A program made the translations under genes and the position numbers. From Camelus dromedarius (taxonomy: Eukaryota), in assembly GCF_036321535.1 (NCBI RefSeq), contig NC_087436.1, positions 62,064,001-62,128,000 on the forward strand: DNA of 64,000 nt. Direction: 5' to 3'. The notes under the pieces are model-generated. The model searched no databases and was not told the DNA's origin. It saw only the letters and a program-made list of their open reading frames with translations. The first letter of the stretch is position 1. Every line of letters begins with the position of its first letter. Below are positions 12,420-26,077 of the stretch, in pieces.

Positions 12420-13620
12420 ATATTGTGCCTGCTCTACCTTAGGGACTGGGGTTTTTACAGCCAACCAAAACAGACCTAGTGTCTGGCAAAATGAAGCTTA
12501 CTGTCTAGTGGGATATGTGTGTGTGTGTGTGTGTGTGCAGAAGCAAAGATCTCAGTAAAGAATATCTGCAAGATGGAAGAATTGGTATTTTAGAGAAGGT
12601 GGTCATAACAAACTTTTTAAGGAGTTAAAATTTAAATTGTAACAAAAAATGAATTAGAAGATGCTAGATGTTTGAAGATGGAATGGAAAATAATCCAGGT
12701 ATGGTACATATCATATGCAAATGTCCTGAGACTGAAAGAAGTTGGCTTATTCTAAGAACTCAAAGATCATTAGGGTGCTTAAAGCACAGCTGGCAAGAAA
12801 GGGAGGAATGAAATTACATAAAAACTTTCAAACTGTAAGTAATATGGTTTGATTCTAACTATAATGGGAATCCACTGAAACACTTCATCTGCAAAAAATA
12901 CAATGAGATTTATTTTTTAAGGTTGCTTTTGCAGCTGGATAAAAAAGGTTTGGAATGTAAGATGAATAGAGGTGGAGAAAGAAGCTTGGATGCTACTAGT
13001 AGAGTCTAAGCAAAAGGTGATGGTGGTGTGAACTAAAGTTATGAGTGTAAAATGAGCAACAGAATGAGTGGAACATACATTTTGTATATAAGATCAACAG
13101 GATGGCTGAGAGATTGGTTTGGAGAGACCATGGGGTTATGCAAAGGAAGAATCAAGATGAAGACTCTGGGATGGATAAATTAATTAGGGAAAAGTCAGCA
13201 GAGAGGTGGTCTTTAATTTCAGGGAAACTTGACAATATCACAGGTTAGAATGTTCAGAAACAAAAGAAGTGGACTCACGTTGGTACCCAGTGGAACCCAA
13301 ATATGTGGAGTTTACATTCAGAAAGAGGAGTGAACATCAAAGAACAAGGCAAATTCAGAAAAGTAAGAGGGAAACAAGGAACGATGATATAAGTGATGCT
13401 GCCTCTCCCCTCCAAATCCAACACCACACAGTCTTTCAAGGAAGAAGAGATCAGTTTGAGATAGTAGATCATAGTTTAATGCTGATATTCATAATCTAGG
13501 AAGAGTTTGATGATAGAATGATGATAATAATAATGAGAGGCAGGATTAACAGACATGGACTTTGAGAATGGGGTAAGAGATGAGATCTGATCAAAAGTGG
13601 TGGAAGTACCCTGACAAAAA
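12420..13620 (-). mobile_element. L2 LINE fragment (contains a (TG)n run at about 12516-12537)
   Basis: atgaagcttactgtctagtggg, atgcaaatgtcctgag, aatgggaatccactgaa, gaagaatcaagatga are antisense L2 motifs. Confidence 0.7.
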
Positions 13621-15039
13621 AAGAAGAGGTTTTATTATTGTAAGAATAGGTTAGAGAGAAAATGGGAGTTCACACATATCTAGGTTTATAAATTCAGCAG
13701 CATTAATTGCTGAAACTGCATATCACATTTGTTCAGGCATTTGTGCTAGATATAGACAAGATTCTTCCTCTGCTGTTGGTATAATTTAATAGATTGGACC
13801 TCATTAAGAAGTTACTTTCTTTTGCCTTTATTTAAAAATTCACACCTTATCATCATTCTATTCTTATGCAAGTGTAAATTACGATTTTAAACATTTAGAT
13901 CAACACTTAAGTCAAAATGTTCTTTTATTAAGTTACTGTACATTGTATAGTTCATTACAGGGTACAAGATACATTATGAGAAATCGGTAATGCATTTCAG
14001 ATTTGGTGACTTATTTTTCATAAAATTTCTGCATTTTAGAAAATTCTAAATTGAAATATTTCTTTCAACTCTTGAAAAATCTATTTCTAGTAAATCTCAC
14101 TTGCTATAAAAGTAATAAATTACTCTTTTTCTAGTATTAAATGTCATTTGAATAATTAGTGTTGGGAAATTTAACTAATGAATAAAATCAGTTTTTGTTA
14201 TTCAAAAGCCCATATTTTCACTGAAAGTCGAGCATTGTAAGGCACTAGAATCTGGATTATTCTGAGAAATTTCATAATAGCTTTCAGAATGTGGGTTAGA
14301 TCTGGATAACTACTTTTTTAAAGTTAGGTTTAAAGGAGTATGTCTTTCACATAATTTCAGGTACTTGCAGAGTAACAAACAATATTTAGTTCTCTTTTAA
14401 TTTCTACCTCTTCAATTCCTCCGCATGTAAAGATTTGTTACCAACATATTGACAGACCATATAAAATATATACCAGTGATTTGTGAGCAGCTTAATAACT
14501 CTCAGCTTTTTTTCCACATGATTCAACAAATGATTTAAATTAAGGAATTTCTAGTCCATTCCATAAATTTATGTATTTCTTTCTTGGATCAAAGAGATAC
14601 GGAGTCCCCGAGGATGGAAACATGCTGGTTAAGGCCTTTTTTCCTTTTTCTTTGATGACATCTCATAGACTACCAGTACTATATGGTATTTAAAGAATGA
14701 TAAATTGTGACAGAATTTCAGTGAGTTATAGAAAAAAATTGTTCAGGGCACATGATATGTATATTCAATTATTTCATTTTTCACATATGAGTCATGAAGC
14801 TACGATTGGCCTAAACTGCAATAAATGGAAGTGTCATATTTAATCACACTAATAAAATGTATATTCTCAATCACTAGCTTGTTTAAAATACATTTGAAAT
14901 TCCAAAGAGCTTACTAAGTGAACAAATTAAATTCACTCGGCCTTGGCAAATTTAGGATATGATACATAACACAGTTAGGCACTCAGTATACATTTCCACA
15001 TGATACTGAAATAGCTTTTAAAAACATATTATTACTTTG

Positions 15040-15160
15040 AATGTGTAGCATAGGCTTGGCTCAAGAATTAAACTTTGAGATGATGCAGAACACAATGTGA
15101 ATTAATTCGTGTCTGCCAAGTATTTGTTCAATAACTGTTCTTAACAAGTAAACTTACCTC
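15040..15160 (+). mobile_element. MIR fragment
   Basis: Decayed MIR head to caagtaaacttacctc. Confidence 0.4.
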
Positions 15161-17789
15161 GAGTGTTGCGAGGAAAACTCTCTGCATATTGAAAAGAGTC
15201 ATCAAATACAAGTATCTTTATTCCTGAATGCTTGCTTTTACATGGATTATGGTACTAAAAAATTAAGATCTACTGGAATATATGACTTCCTAGATGTGGG
15301 ACAGAAACAAATTGATATGGAAAATTTGGGACTCAGAATTCACGAAGCAAATGAGTTTAAAGCACATAATCTGAATAACCTGCTGGAACCTATACATGAT
15401 ATATGGTGGTACCACTGACAATATATGATATAGTTACTTGAATTTATTGAACACTGATAATGCCTGGCCCAACTTAGCACCTTTATCCCTGGGATTGTTT
15501 TACTGGCCAGGACCCAGCATAGGACAGGCCACATTCTGGTGTCCAGTATACCTCATTGCCTGAGATCCATTTAATCTATCTTACATTCTGCTTTTTGGTG
15601 CTTTTCTCATCCCTTAGAATTCTCCTTCTGGCACTCATATATTGTTTCTGGCTTTTCTCCTCAGTGATGAGTCACAATGACTGCTTTTATTATAAGGTTT
15701 TTTCAGGGGTTTCCAAGTTGGTGCCTCATCTTCACAGTCTGATCCAGAGACCTTATCCCCAAAGACAGGACCTCCTGGCATCTCCATAGGACAGATAATG
15801 GAACACTGAAGACATGATGTGTCATTTTAAGTCATGGGAACCATTAATTTATTACAGGACTAGCAAAGATCAGGAAGACACCTGTCTCATCATCATTATG
15901 CTAAATTGCAATATCCCCATGTTCCTTGATGCACACCACTAGTTCAGAAGAATAAATTGGTATTTGGGGGTGATGTTCTAGTCAAGGAATATGCATTTGG
16001 TTGGACTGCCCATTCTTGGAATTCTGGAAGAGGGCGTGTCAGCCATTAGAGGCAGGGATCACGACACTGACCGTATCTTTCTTTACTTGAGATTGGCTAT
16101 AGGTGTTACTCCTGTTATTGTTCTGGCTAGTCACTTTTTCCCAAAGATAGAATCTTATATCTCTAGTTTCTACCTAAGATTCTTTTTTTTATCATAAGTG
16201 GATCATTTTAAAATTATGCTGATACTACACACCCTACTTGCTGTATAATCAAAATTACCTGCTTTAACAAAGCATCTTCCCCATTAGACATCTTAGATAC
16301 TACAATTTCATCCTGATTTATATTTATTACAGATCCTGGAGAAATGTGGTTTTCCTGTTGATTTACCAGCTCTAGAATGGCATGTTTCTATATTACTTCT
16401 TTTTTGAAGAAATCTGGCAGTTAGATCCTAGAGACCAAGAGCATCATTAGTTTGACTTTTGTTAAAAAAAAAAGAGAGAGAGAGAAACTCGTGCTCTAAA
16501 ATGCAGAAGTTGACTACAACAGTTTGCCTCATTTTGATGGCATATCATATATTTTCTTCCATGGACTTTGCCATCTTTAGAATTAGAAACAAATGCTCCT
16601 AAGATGACTGGTGGTAGTCAGCAGTAGAATTTGTCCTGTACGTCCACATATCCCAAGATCTGGGCTTTATAGTTACAGTGTTTAAATCAACTGATTATAA
16701 CCTGTTAAAGATATAGCAAGACATTATCTATTAAAGTTTTTGCCAAAATATTTTAATTTAGTAGTCAAATCCAATTGAAAATGGGAGTTACATAAAAATC
16801 ACTTAAAATTTTGCTTTATAGTCAAGTTTACTGGCACTTCAGTCAATGTAATGTAAACCATAATATTTAGTTAAACTTTATAGTGTGAGTTGCATTTTGG
16901 GAAGGTACTATTAAATTGTATAAAATTATTTAAGATTTAAAAATCATACTTTAGATGCAGATTTTCCTATCCTTTATTTCTAGTCCAGGGCTCTGTAGAA
17001 ACTGTGGTGTAAGGCTCTTTCTTTTGGACCACTTACTTTGGGCACCTTATTGTTAAAATAATAAGTGAGTAAAAATCTAGATGACTTTCTTATCCTTGGA
17101 ATACTCTGCAGTTGTAATGAGCTTTCTAAAACTTTACTTATAAAAGTTTGAATTTTTTTGTTTGCTTAGCTCTGTTATCTGAAGTGAATGTGTGCCTTTT
17201 ATTAATTTACAAGGATTAAGATTGTTATCAATGGTAAAAATATTCTTTATTATTGCTTTTATTTTGAACCCTACTGTAAATGATAGACTTCAGAAATGCT
17301 GAATATCTGGCTTATAATATCAGTTCAAGAGTATTCCAAGACTGTGCTAACAGGTAATCCTTATCTCATTTCTGCAGGGTTCAAGTATTTATCCTGCGAA
17401 GTCATAAGTACTTAAAATGGAAATGTAGAAAAAGCTTGTAATATACACCATGACAGCAGGATAGACAATGAAGAAATAGTGCTGTTAGTGCCACAAGAAC
17501 ACAAAATAGATCAAGGTGACAAATGAGATGTGGATCTATTGTCTTTTCAGAATGTCAGAGGATTAGGTGGACCAGGCTTATTAAGCCCAAAGTCATTGCC
17601 TTGTTGTTACTCTTTGGTAGTTATATGAATTGACTGTAGCAGCAGTGAATTCTCCTGAGAAATATGTAGTCAACAGTTGGTGTTCATGAATACATAGTTA
17701 GTATTAATGAATTTTTAAAAACTTTTTAGCCATTGCTGAGTTAAGTGGTCACAAAAATATAGTATGTACGACCAAATACAAACTGAAAA

Positions 17790-17965
17790 TGACTAGTAGT
17801 AGTATGACTTGGACAAGTTATTTAGTCTTCTTCAACTTTAATTTACTCTTCTGGCAAATTATTTCAATCATACGTGGAAGGGGATTTGTCAGGATTAATT
17901 GATATAACACAGGTGAAAACAATTAGCACTTCTTTGGCATTGTGGTTATTCAATATATAAATGTG
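17790..17965 (+). mobile_element. MIR SINE fragment
   Basis: atgacttggacaagttattta..gtcaggattaattgata..tgaaaacaattagcac..tggca. Confidence 0.7.
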
Positions 17966-18141
17966 CTTAGTTCCATTCTTGTTTGAGTGATAATTTTTTG
18001 GTGAACACTTTTACATGATAGATATAATTATTACTGAACATACAATTAGTACAAGTTGAAATGAGAGAGGAAATCAGAAAAAGATGAAAGAAGTACAAAA
18101 TTTTTATCAAGAATCTACACTTAAATTCTATAAAAGATGTA

Positions 18142-18372
18142 AGGTAGTGTTTAAGAATGTCATTTCTGTGATCAGGAAGACTATTCAAACTTTGGCTCTG
18201 CAACTGAAGCAGCTAGTGACCTCGACCGCACTATTTACCTGGTTTGGGTAGCTCAGTTTTCTTACCCATTAAGGGGAAAGATAACAACAGCAACCACAGC
18301 AACGATACTACTACTTAAGTCAGAATTACTTTGTGGATTAAATATAAACGGCTAAAGCACTTAGAGCTTGGG
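18142..18372 (+). mobile_element. MIR SINE, near full length
   Basis: tagtgtttaagaatg..ttcaaactttggctctgcaact..gtgacct..ctcagttttctt..ggattaaat..taaagcacttaga. Confidence 0.75.
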
Positions 18373-18379
18373 ACAGGTC

Positions 18380-18510
18380 TATTCTCCTAACTTTACAGAT
18401 TAGGGCAACAAGGCCTGGAAAGGTTCAGCGCTTCCTAAATTCGTGGCAATCCACAGGTATCAGGACTGGAATCCACCTGCTTTTTAGCTAACGTTCTTTC
18501 CACTGTACAA
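18380..18510 (-). mobile_element. MIR fragment
   Basis: ctttacagattagggcaacaaggcctggaaaggtt..ggactggaatcca..ttctttccactgtac. Confidence 0.6.
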
Positions 18511-18899
18511 AAATTAGATTATGATAATTATAGCTGTAAATTATTACCAGTGAGATTGAAATACAAATGAACCGCGCCTGAATGAAGGACGATGGAAGGA
18601 GGTTGGCAGGGGAAACAAGTAGACTTGATAGTAGTCTTTATGTAATTAAAAGAACGTGAATGTACGGCAACACAGCAGTTGATATAGATGGATCACAAGA
18701 CTTTTTGGAAGGCTTGAGGACTCACTTGGGGTGTTTGCTGTCCTGTGGCTTACTTCTCTCTGAAGATGTATTCACAGCCCTCTCTACCTGTCTTCTTCTC
18801 ATTAAGCTACATGCATTGAATTTCTATGGAACTGCCCCAGCCTGCCATGGCTAAATTTAAAAAAGCTTTTAGTGGAAACACAAGTCTTTTAACAAAAGC

Positions 18900-19440
18900 A
18901 TTTATCACCATAGTCAGTGACAGTCATTCCTCCCCTGGGCTAGTGTAAAGGTCTGCTTACTGATGCTTCTTCTGTTTATTCCTTATATATTAGCCAGCAT
19001 GAACTTGTAAACAGTGTAAATCAAATGATATCCCCCTTTCACCACCCCCCACAAACCTTCCAAAGTTTCCAAATTTATTTTCACTGAGACCCAAACTGCT
19101 AACCATGGCCTCCATGGTCATAGATGACTAGGCTTCTGCACACGCCTCCCGTATCAATTTATAATGCTAGTTTAGTTTTTTCAGATCAACACACTAGACT
19201 TTCTTCTTTCTGTTCCTTGACATGGAAATCATACTTCCACTTTTTATTATTCCCTTTGCCTGGGATACTCTCATTCAAGGTCAGGTCTTATCACTTACCT
19301 CTATGGAAATTATTTTCTTCATTCATTTTTTTTAACTTCCTTATTTATCTACCTCCTCTCTCACTCATATATGAAATACAATATAAGTTTTATGAAAGCA
19401 GGGATCTGTGCATCATGGTCAGTTCTGTAACCCTATTATG
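18900..19440 (+). mobile_element. L2 fragment
   Basis: aaaccttccaaag..ccaaactgctaaccatggcc..ttccctttgcctggga..taagttttatgaaagcaggga. Confidence 0.65.
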
Positions 19441-22304
19441 CGTAAGTGATAAGGGAATAAAATAGCATGTTGCCCCTCACATGCAGATATGAATCATCAG
19501 TACGGCCCACAACTGGGATAGTGTTACTAGTGAATTTGCACTAATCCATTTCCTTTAGTGTTTCATTTACTACGTGACTGAAAGGAATTAAGGGTGTCTC
19601 TAGTGATCAAGTATGTACATGAAAAAGGAAAGAATTAAACATTGAACCCATATGTGTCTGAGGAATGCAGCTTGTATTTCTGAGGCAATCCACTGATTCT
19701 GGGATTCTCGGATCAGTATGCTGTGACCAAGCTACTCGTGATAACGGAGGATTGATTTCCCTCTTACACTTCCCTTCCAAGTTCAAACCCTACCATAAGA
19801 AGAAACAATTAGATTCCCTCTAAATGCAGTGTTACTGATGAGCCTGTTCCATGCTCAATGGTGGAAATCAATTTTCATTTAAGAACCTACAGTACTTAGC
19901 CTTTTTCCGTTTTTGTAGTCTGTATCGATTCTTCTTTCCGTGGAAAGACGCTATCCATTCTGCTGTAGCCAAGCACTGTTTCCATGGTCTCAGGATAATG
20001 GGGTAAAAGTCCCAGAGGGCTTTCCTAAACTGGCTATATGCCCACTTTTAATATGTAGATGAAGGCCATTCTATTCATTATGGAACGCGGGAGCCTTCTT
20101 TTCCATTTAAAAGAAACAAACATTATTGTGGCAAGACTCAAAATAAGTTCTTTTTTGGCCTTTCCAGTCAACTCAGGGGCAAGAAAGAGGTGAAAAGAAT
20201 ACTGTAATGAATTATAAATTATTCTTTTCAGTTAAGTGTGGCCATTAACTCCTTCAGATCCAAGAGGAGTTTGGAACAACTGTCTCTGTTCTTCCTAAGC
20301 CCTAAGCTAAGGGTGTTTCGTGTAACGAATATTCAGTAGATATTTGTTGACAGGAAGAACAGTATCCAGCAGTGATTTTTACATCAGTATTGTACACAAT
20401 GTAGTTCCAGAATTTATACAGACAAGGAAGACTGCCTTCTGGGGAATGACTCCTTAAAGGCAAAGTTGTTTTGGGAACAGGTGCCTTTCAGATTAGGCAA
20501 TCGTCCCCTCTTTGTGTACAGTGAAGATCACCATAAAAATGGTCTCTATCACAACGGTTTTCATTAAACGGTCTTCTCTGGCATGACTTTTTTAATGAAC
20601 ATTTTATGAATTTTCCTTCATGAAAAATTGTCGTTTCATGTCTTTTGTAACGTATCATCTAAAAGCACAAGTCAACAGGGGAAACAACAACAGCAACATG
20701 ATTTAACCTCATGATAGAACATAACATTCCTGCTATTTTCCTGTACAGATAACAGCAGGCAATCGCCATGTAGCCTCATTTAACAAGGGCAGAAAGAAAA
20801 AAAGCCATTTCCAGGATCCAAATGAAAAAACTTGAAATCAAACAAGTTTTTTACTCCAATACTTTGGCATTATACCTTGCCAACAAAATTGTATCTTAAT
20901 TAACTTTTTTCCATTGTTTAAACAAGTGACTCTAAAATAAAATCATCTAGCTATATGTATTTTTTCTGCCCTACTTTATGAGTTATTTCTGCTATTTATT
21001 CTTTCCCAGTGAAAACCAGAGAACTTTTATTATTTGAATCATGTTATAAAGTATTCTTTATTATAAAATAAAAACTTCACTTGGCAATAAAATGAGAAAA
21101 TTATTTTCTTTTTACATCATGCTTATGAACATGTTAATTATCTAGCATTTTTAATAAAAAAAAAGGCTGCTTGTAGTAGCTAATAACTTCCAAAATGAGC
21201 TTTAGCTGTGCTTACTAATTAGAAATTTATGTTCCATTTTTATTTGAAAGTTTTATACCGTATGTGTTTGACTACTTCCTAATCCTAGAGACTTGGTGTG
21301 GTCTTTATTTTATTTTGTTTTTGAGATCTCTGCTTTTGTAGCATTTTTTTCACTACCATATGTAGCTTTCACTTTCTTGGAGATGCTGGTAGATTTGAGC
21401 ATAGTACTCTCTAGTCATTGGAGTGAGATAATCAGAACTAACCTGGTTTACTTAAGAAGAAGAAAGTCTTTTGAGTACAAAAATTTGAATTGCCTTGGCA
21501 CAGCAGCCAACACTGTGAGACTTAATGGGTTTCTTAACAATAGTCTCTCTGTAGAATGTTTTTAGCTGCGTTGTGATAGTCAGTCTTTTCTCTCCTGGGA
21601 AACTGACCCACATACCGTGATGCTTAGAAGATTCCATGGCCCTCTGGATGCCAGTCAGACTTCTCTAATCTAGCTGTTAGGTCAGGCAAAAAAAGAGGAA
21701 AGAGCTAAATCGATAAAGTAGATCTAAGACATGCTTTCTCTCGTCACCTAGATATTTATACTTTCTAGAGTGAAAATGCATGAAAATCTATTTTTAAGAC
21801 CTCTTGTAGGAAGGTTTGGAGAGCAATGTATATATGTGTATATTTAACTGTGAGTTAATAATAACAATATAAGTTTCTAAGTCATCTACAATAATATTTT
21901 GTCATCATAAAAGTTTGGTTTTGCTTATTATTGTTACTAGAGTTATTTATCCAAACAGGAAATTACCATTAATTGAAGGCCAGATCAAAAATTTAGAGAG
22001 GAAAAATTGAAAGGAAATATTTGTGCCAGAAACTTCTTCACTAACTGTGGGTTTGTTTCTAGCTGTTTCTTATCCACTTGTGGTTCATTAGTGTATTCAG
22101 ATTCTAATATTCTTAGTGGTCCTTTTTATAGTTTTTATTTCTAAAGATTTTTTCATCATAAAATATATAATATTGCATCATCTGCAACTTAAGGAGGAAA
22201 TAGCTGTATCATATTTGTGCATTTTCTTCCAAACCCAATAAACTAAGTATATTAAATTAAATGATACTTTTCTAAATAAAATAAGCATATTTTCTCCTGG
22301 TGGA

Positions 22305-22573
22305 TAGAGTTACCAGATAAAATATAGGACGCTGAGTTAAATTTGCATTTGAAATAAATAATGGATTTTTTAATTATCATAAGTACGTTTCAAATATTAC
22401 ATGGGGCATAAACTAAAAATATTTGTTATTTGAAATTCACATTTAACATTACTGTAAGTATGACCTTTGCAATATTTGGGACATACTTATAATACAATTT
22501 TTACTCATTTTTTTCTGAAATACAAATTTAACTCAATGTACTTTATTTTTATTTGCTAAATCTGGCAACCTTA
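22305..22573 (+). mobile_element. MER53 palindromic DNA transposon, internally expanded (269 bp)
   Basis: Termini tagagttaccagataaaatatagg.. and ..ttatttgctaaatctggcaacctta; central motif tttgggacatacttata. Confidence 0.85.
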
Positions 22574-22949
22574 ACTGTCAACAATGTGAAATTTGAAAAT
22601 CACAAAAAACAGTTAAATACCTATAACTCTAAGATGTTCGCATGATTACTTGTAACATTTGAATGTACTTCCTTATAGACTTTTTATATGACTCTTTGAC
22701 CAGAATTGAGCTCATAATTAAAAAAAAATACAAAACTAGTTATTTCTCAGGTAATCAGCGATCTCTTCAATTTACATTCACAAGTTTATCTTCGGCTTAG
22801 TTTTCTTATTTTCTTATTTTCTTACTTGTTGTTAATTATATCTTAGACTTTTTTTTCAAATGGGATAAAAGATTTCTGAACATAAGATCAACATTCTCTT
22901 TCCTTCATACTTGTGTTATTTTAACTTGCTTATAAACTTCCTTTTTTTG

Positions 22950-23250
22950 TAAGTCTTTTGAGACATATTTTATATATCATACAGTTCATCCATTTCACCT
23001 ACACAATTCAATATGATTTAATAAATATATGGAGTTCTGTAATCATTACCATAAATCAGTTTTAGAACATTTTCATTACCCCACTGAGACTCCATTTACT
23101 GTTATCTCCCATTGTGCCAAACTGCTGGTCCCAGTAAACCACAGATTTACTTTCTGTTTTTAGAGATTCAGCTTTCTGAGCATGTCATAAAAATGGAATC
23201 ATATGATATATAGTCTTTTATGACTGGCTTCTTCCTTTTCTTTTGATTGA
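22950..23250 (-). mobile_element. L1MB/L1ME-like 3' end
   Basis: ttttagaacatttttcattacccca..aaatggaatcatatgatatatagtcttttatgactggcttctt. Confidence 0.8.
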
Positions 23251-23257
23251 GTACTGC

Positions 23258-23811
23258 TGTTACTGTGTTGAAGCTGCTACTGCCTGCCATGTGACAGGCC
23301 AATAAACCGAGAGGAGGTGTTGGGGCAGAGAGTAGCACATTTATCCGGAAAGCCAAAAGACTCAGAAGACGGCAGACTGCTGTTCCAAAGAACCATCTTA
23401 CCTGAGTTAGAATTTGGGCTTCTTTTGTACTAAAAGAGGAGGTAGTGTGGCTAGTTGTTGCAGATCCTGGAGGGGATGTGATGTGATAACCCTTTGTTCT
23501 TACAGCTGTCCACGTAGGTCTGGTCACCAAGTTCCTGTAAACCTTCAACAAAACAAATGTTTTTTGTTGTTGTTGTTCTGCAACTACTTATCTCAATATG
23601 AATGAAAAATGTCATGGTTTCAAGGTCAAGCCGGGAGGCAGAGCCTTGAGAAAGGGCTTTTATGCGTATTTCAGGCCATAGGCAACATTATTTTGCTGAT
23701 TGATGAGACAAAGGAGCAGATCCAGCATGACTAAGCACAGGCTACAGAGTACAAAGGTTAGAGCTAAAGGACAGATCCAATGTGAAGTCAGGTTTGTTCT
23801 TCTCTGTTACA
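23258..23811 (-). mobile_element. ERV1 solo LTR, MER41-like (artiodactyl type)
   Basis: TG..CA ends (tgttactg / ctgttaca); 4-bp TSD ctgc/ctac; minus strand starts tgtaacagagaagaacaaacctgacttcacattggatctg, as recalled for artiodactyl MER41-like LTRs. Confidence 0.75.
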
Positions 23812-25705
23812 CTACTTTTGCTTCTTCAGTGAATGCTTCTAGTTTGTTTCCTATATCGACGCTAAAACGTTCTACAGCTTCAAATCTATGCTCAACCACC
23901 TTCAATACAGATTTTGATTCTGATAATTGCACTTCCTTGAAATTCTTCTTTGAGGGAACACACAGACACACATTTAAATCTCATTCTGTTATTTTATCGT
24001 CTCCAGTAGTTGGCACTATGTGCTAGTTTGTAGGAGGTAAAAATAGTGTTATATCCTCATGAAAAGTAGCATCTATGAAATAAAGAGAAATTAACCAGTT
24101 TTGGGTGGAAAGTATTGTCTCTGGATCTTTAAGAACGTAGCATACATATGAAGACAATTGATATATTCTTTTTTGGTGGTTGCAAGGTCATTAGAAAAAT
24201 CCTAAAAAAAAAAAAATTAATTTGTATGATAATTTTAAAGATGTGTCATCTAAGAGAAGACTATGATGAAGTTCAAGTGTTGAGACAGGAAGGGATGCTT
24301 TGCCTGGGCCAATTGCCACAAACCCCAAATGAACCAATAGCTGAGTGAGCTGGAGGCGGGCTTCAAAGAGATTTACTTGTGCCCTGAAATTTTATGTGTA
24401 ATTTTCTTTGTTGATTCATTTTTATTTTCCTGGGGACTATTTTAATGACCTTCTTAAAGGGAATTATCCTTGAACCCAAATTATAAGAACTTCTCTCAAG
24501 TCTTAAATTAATTTCTTCTTACTAATAAGACAGTGTCATTTGAGGCATATAATTGTTCATATTTGATTTCTTTTTCCTTCATGTTATTTTGTCCAGGTTG
24601 CTCTACACAACAAAAAAAAGAACTTTTTTTAACTTTTCTTAATGGAAATGTAGATATTTTGTAGTCAACTTTCATAAAGAGAAAAATATAGTTGGTATTC
24701 TTATGTATATACAGTTTCAATCAGAAACAACTGTACTAAGGATAATTGTCCTCATAAAAATTTTATCAGAGAGAGTAGTCTCATAAAATCTGAACTCCTC
24801 CTTCAGAAAATCCATTTTTAGGGTATCTGACCTATGGAACAAAGCAACATTTCTGACAAGTTCTAGAAACACTAGAACTTAAAAAAGTTTAAAGTTTCAG
24901 AATATTAGCAAGTAGATGAACAGAAACCCTCCTTTTAAATTATTTTGGTGCTTAGATGTGTGTTGGCACAATCACAATATATTGTAAAAAATCATTCTCA
25001 TTGTCTTTTGTAATCAGGTTCTAATCTGAGGGTAGACGCTGAGTTATATATAGAAAAATAATCATCAGTGTCTGTGGAACAAATAAATGCTAACAATGAC
25101 CTTGATTCCTTGAGTAAGGGTACAAGGTTCGCTGAGCAAAATATTGGTAATTACTCTGAGTTTACTGTTGTTGAAAAATGTTAATTATTTAATGAGTCCT
25201 GAAGTGCTGAACTATGTTTTATTTCCTCAATGAAAAATTTATACAAGTAGGTAATCAACACATTTTTATTTGCCCATTGAGGGAAAGAAAACACACAAAG
25301 ATTGTTTTAATAACTTTCTTAGTCTAAATTTTAAGAAAAGTGTAGCTCTTATAAAATTTCTCATGTTCTTAGGTAAACTGAAATATTGATGACAATTAAA
25401 AAAACCTAAAATGAAATTTTCTTTAAGGAATATAAAACATTTGTTCCTAAAACTGATCATTAAAAGAACTTGAAACATGTATTTAGACTCTTTTTGGTGT
25501 ACTGGGATTCTCTTTAAAATTTTTCATCCAAAATGTAACCATGTGGTGAAAGTCAAATCAAATGATTCAGCTATAAACTATGTTACATCAAATACCTCAA
25601 ACGCATATTTCAGATTCTAAAGTTTCGATTTATAAAAGTGATTAGAGTAATAATCAAGGATCGCTTCAAAATATTTATTGAAATCATTCATGAGAAAATT
25701 TACAG

Positions 25706-26077
25706 TAGTACAGAACAATATCAGCTTGAGTAAGCCTGAGATGGGCTTGGGCCCAGGACCTGGGACCCTTTTCTGCAGTGCTTGCACTTGGACAAATGTC
25801 TCCTCGACACACACAGCACACACACACAGCACCCCCAAGGAGGTGGGCAGACCACCTAAGTCACCCTTCTTCTAGCCCCACCCACCAACCTGCCCCTCCC
25901 CTCACCCCATTAAGGGACTAGTTCACCTCTGCTTGGGAAGCGAGCCAGAGAAACTGTTGCTTGTTTTCTCTCCTTTGTGCTGCAGCAGGAGCCCCCAGAA
26001 AGCCTTGCCTGAATTCTTCATCTGGCCTCTTATCAATTTCTATTGAGTAAGGAGTCTAAGAACATAGGTCGGTAGCA
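25706..26077 (+). mobile_element. ERV1-type solo LTR (internally shortened)
   Basis: GC-rich island ending tatcaatttctattgagtaaggagtctaagaacataggtcggtagca, a typical ERV1 U5 end; no clear TSD. Confidence 0.65.

Noticed and set aside
15159..15182. Possible 24-nt minus-strand microexon ending in GAG|gtaagt
   Set aside because: Donor comes from a MIR motif and the acceptor tract is weak
15490..16080. Possible old LTR
   Set aside because: LTR-like composition but no termini, TSD or family motif I could identify
23168..24026. ORFs of 127, 63 and 108 aa
   Set aside because: Lie within or across the ERV1 LTR and L1 fragment
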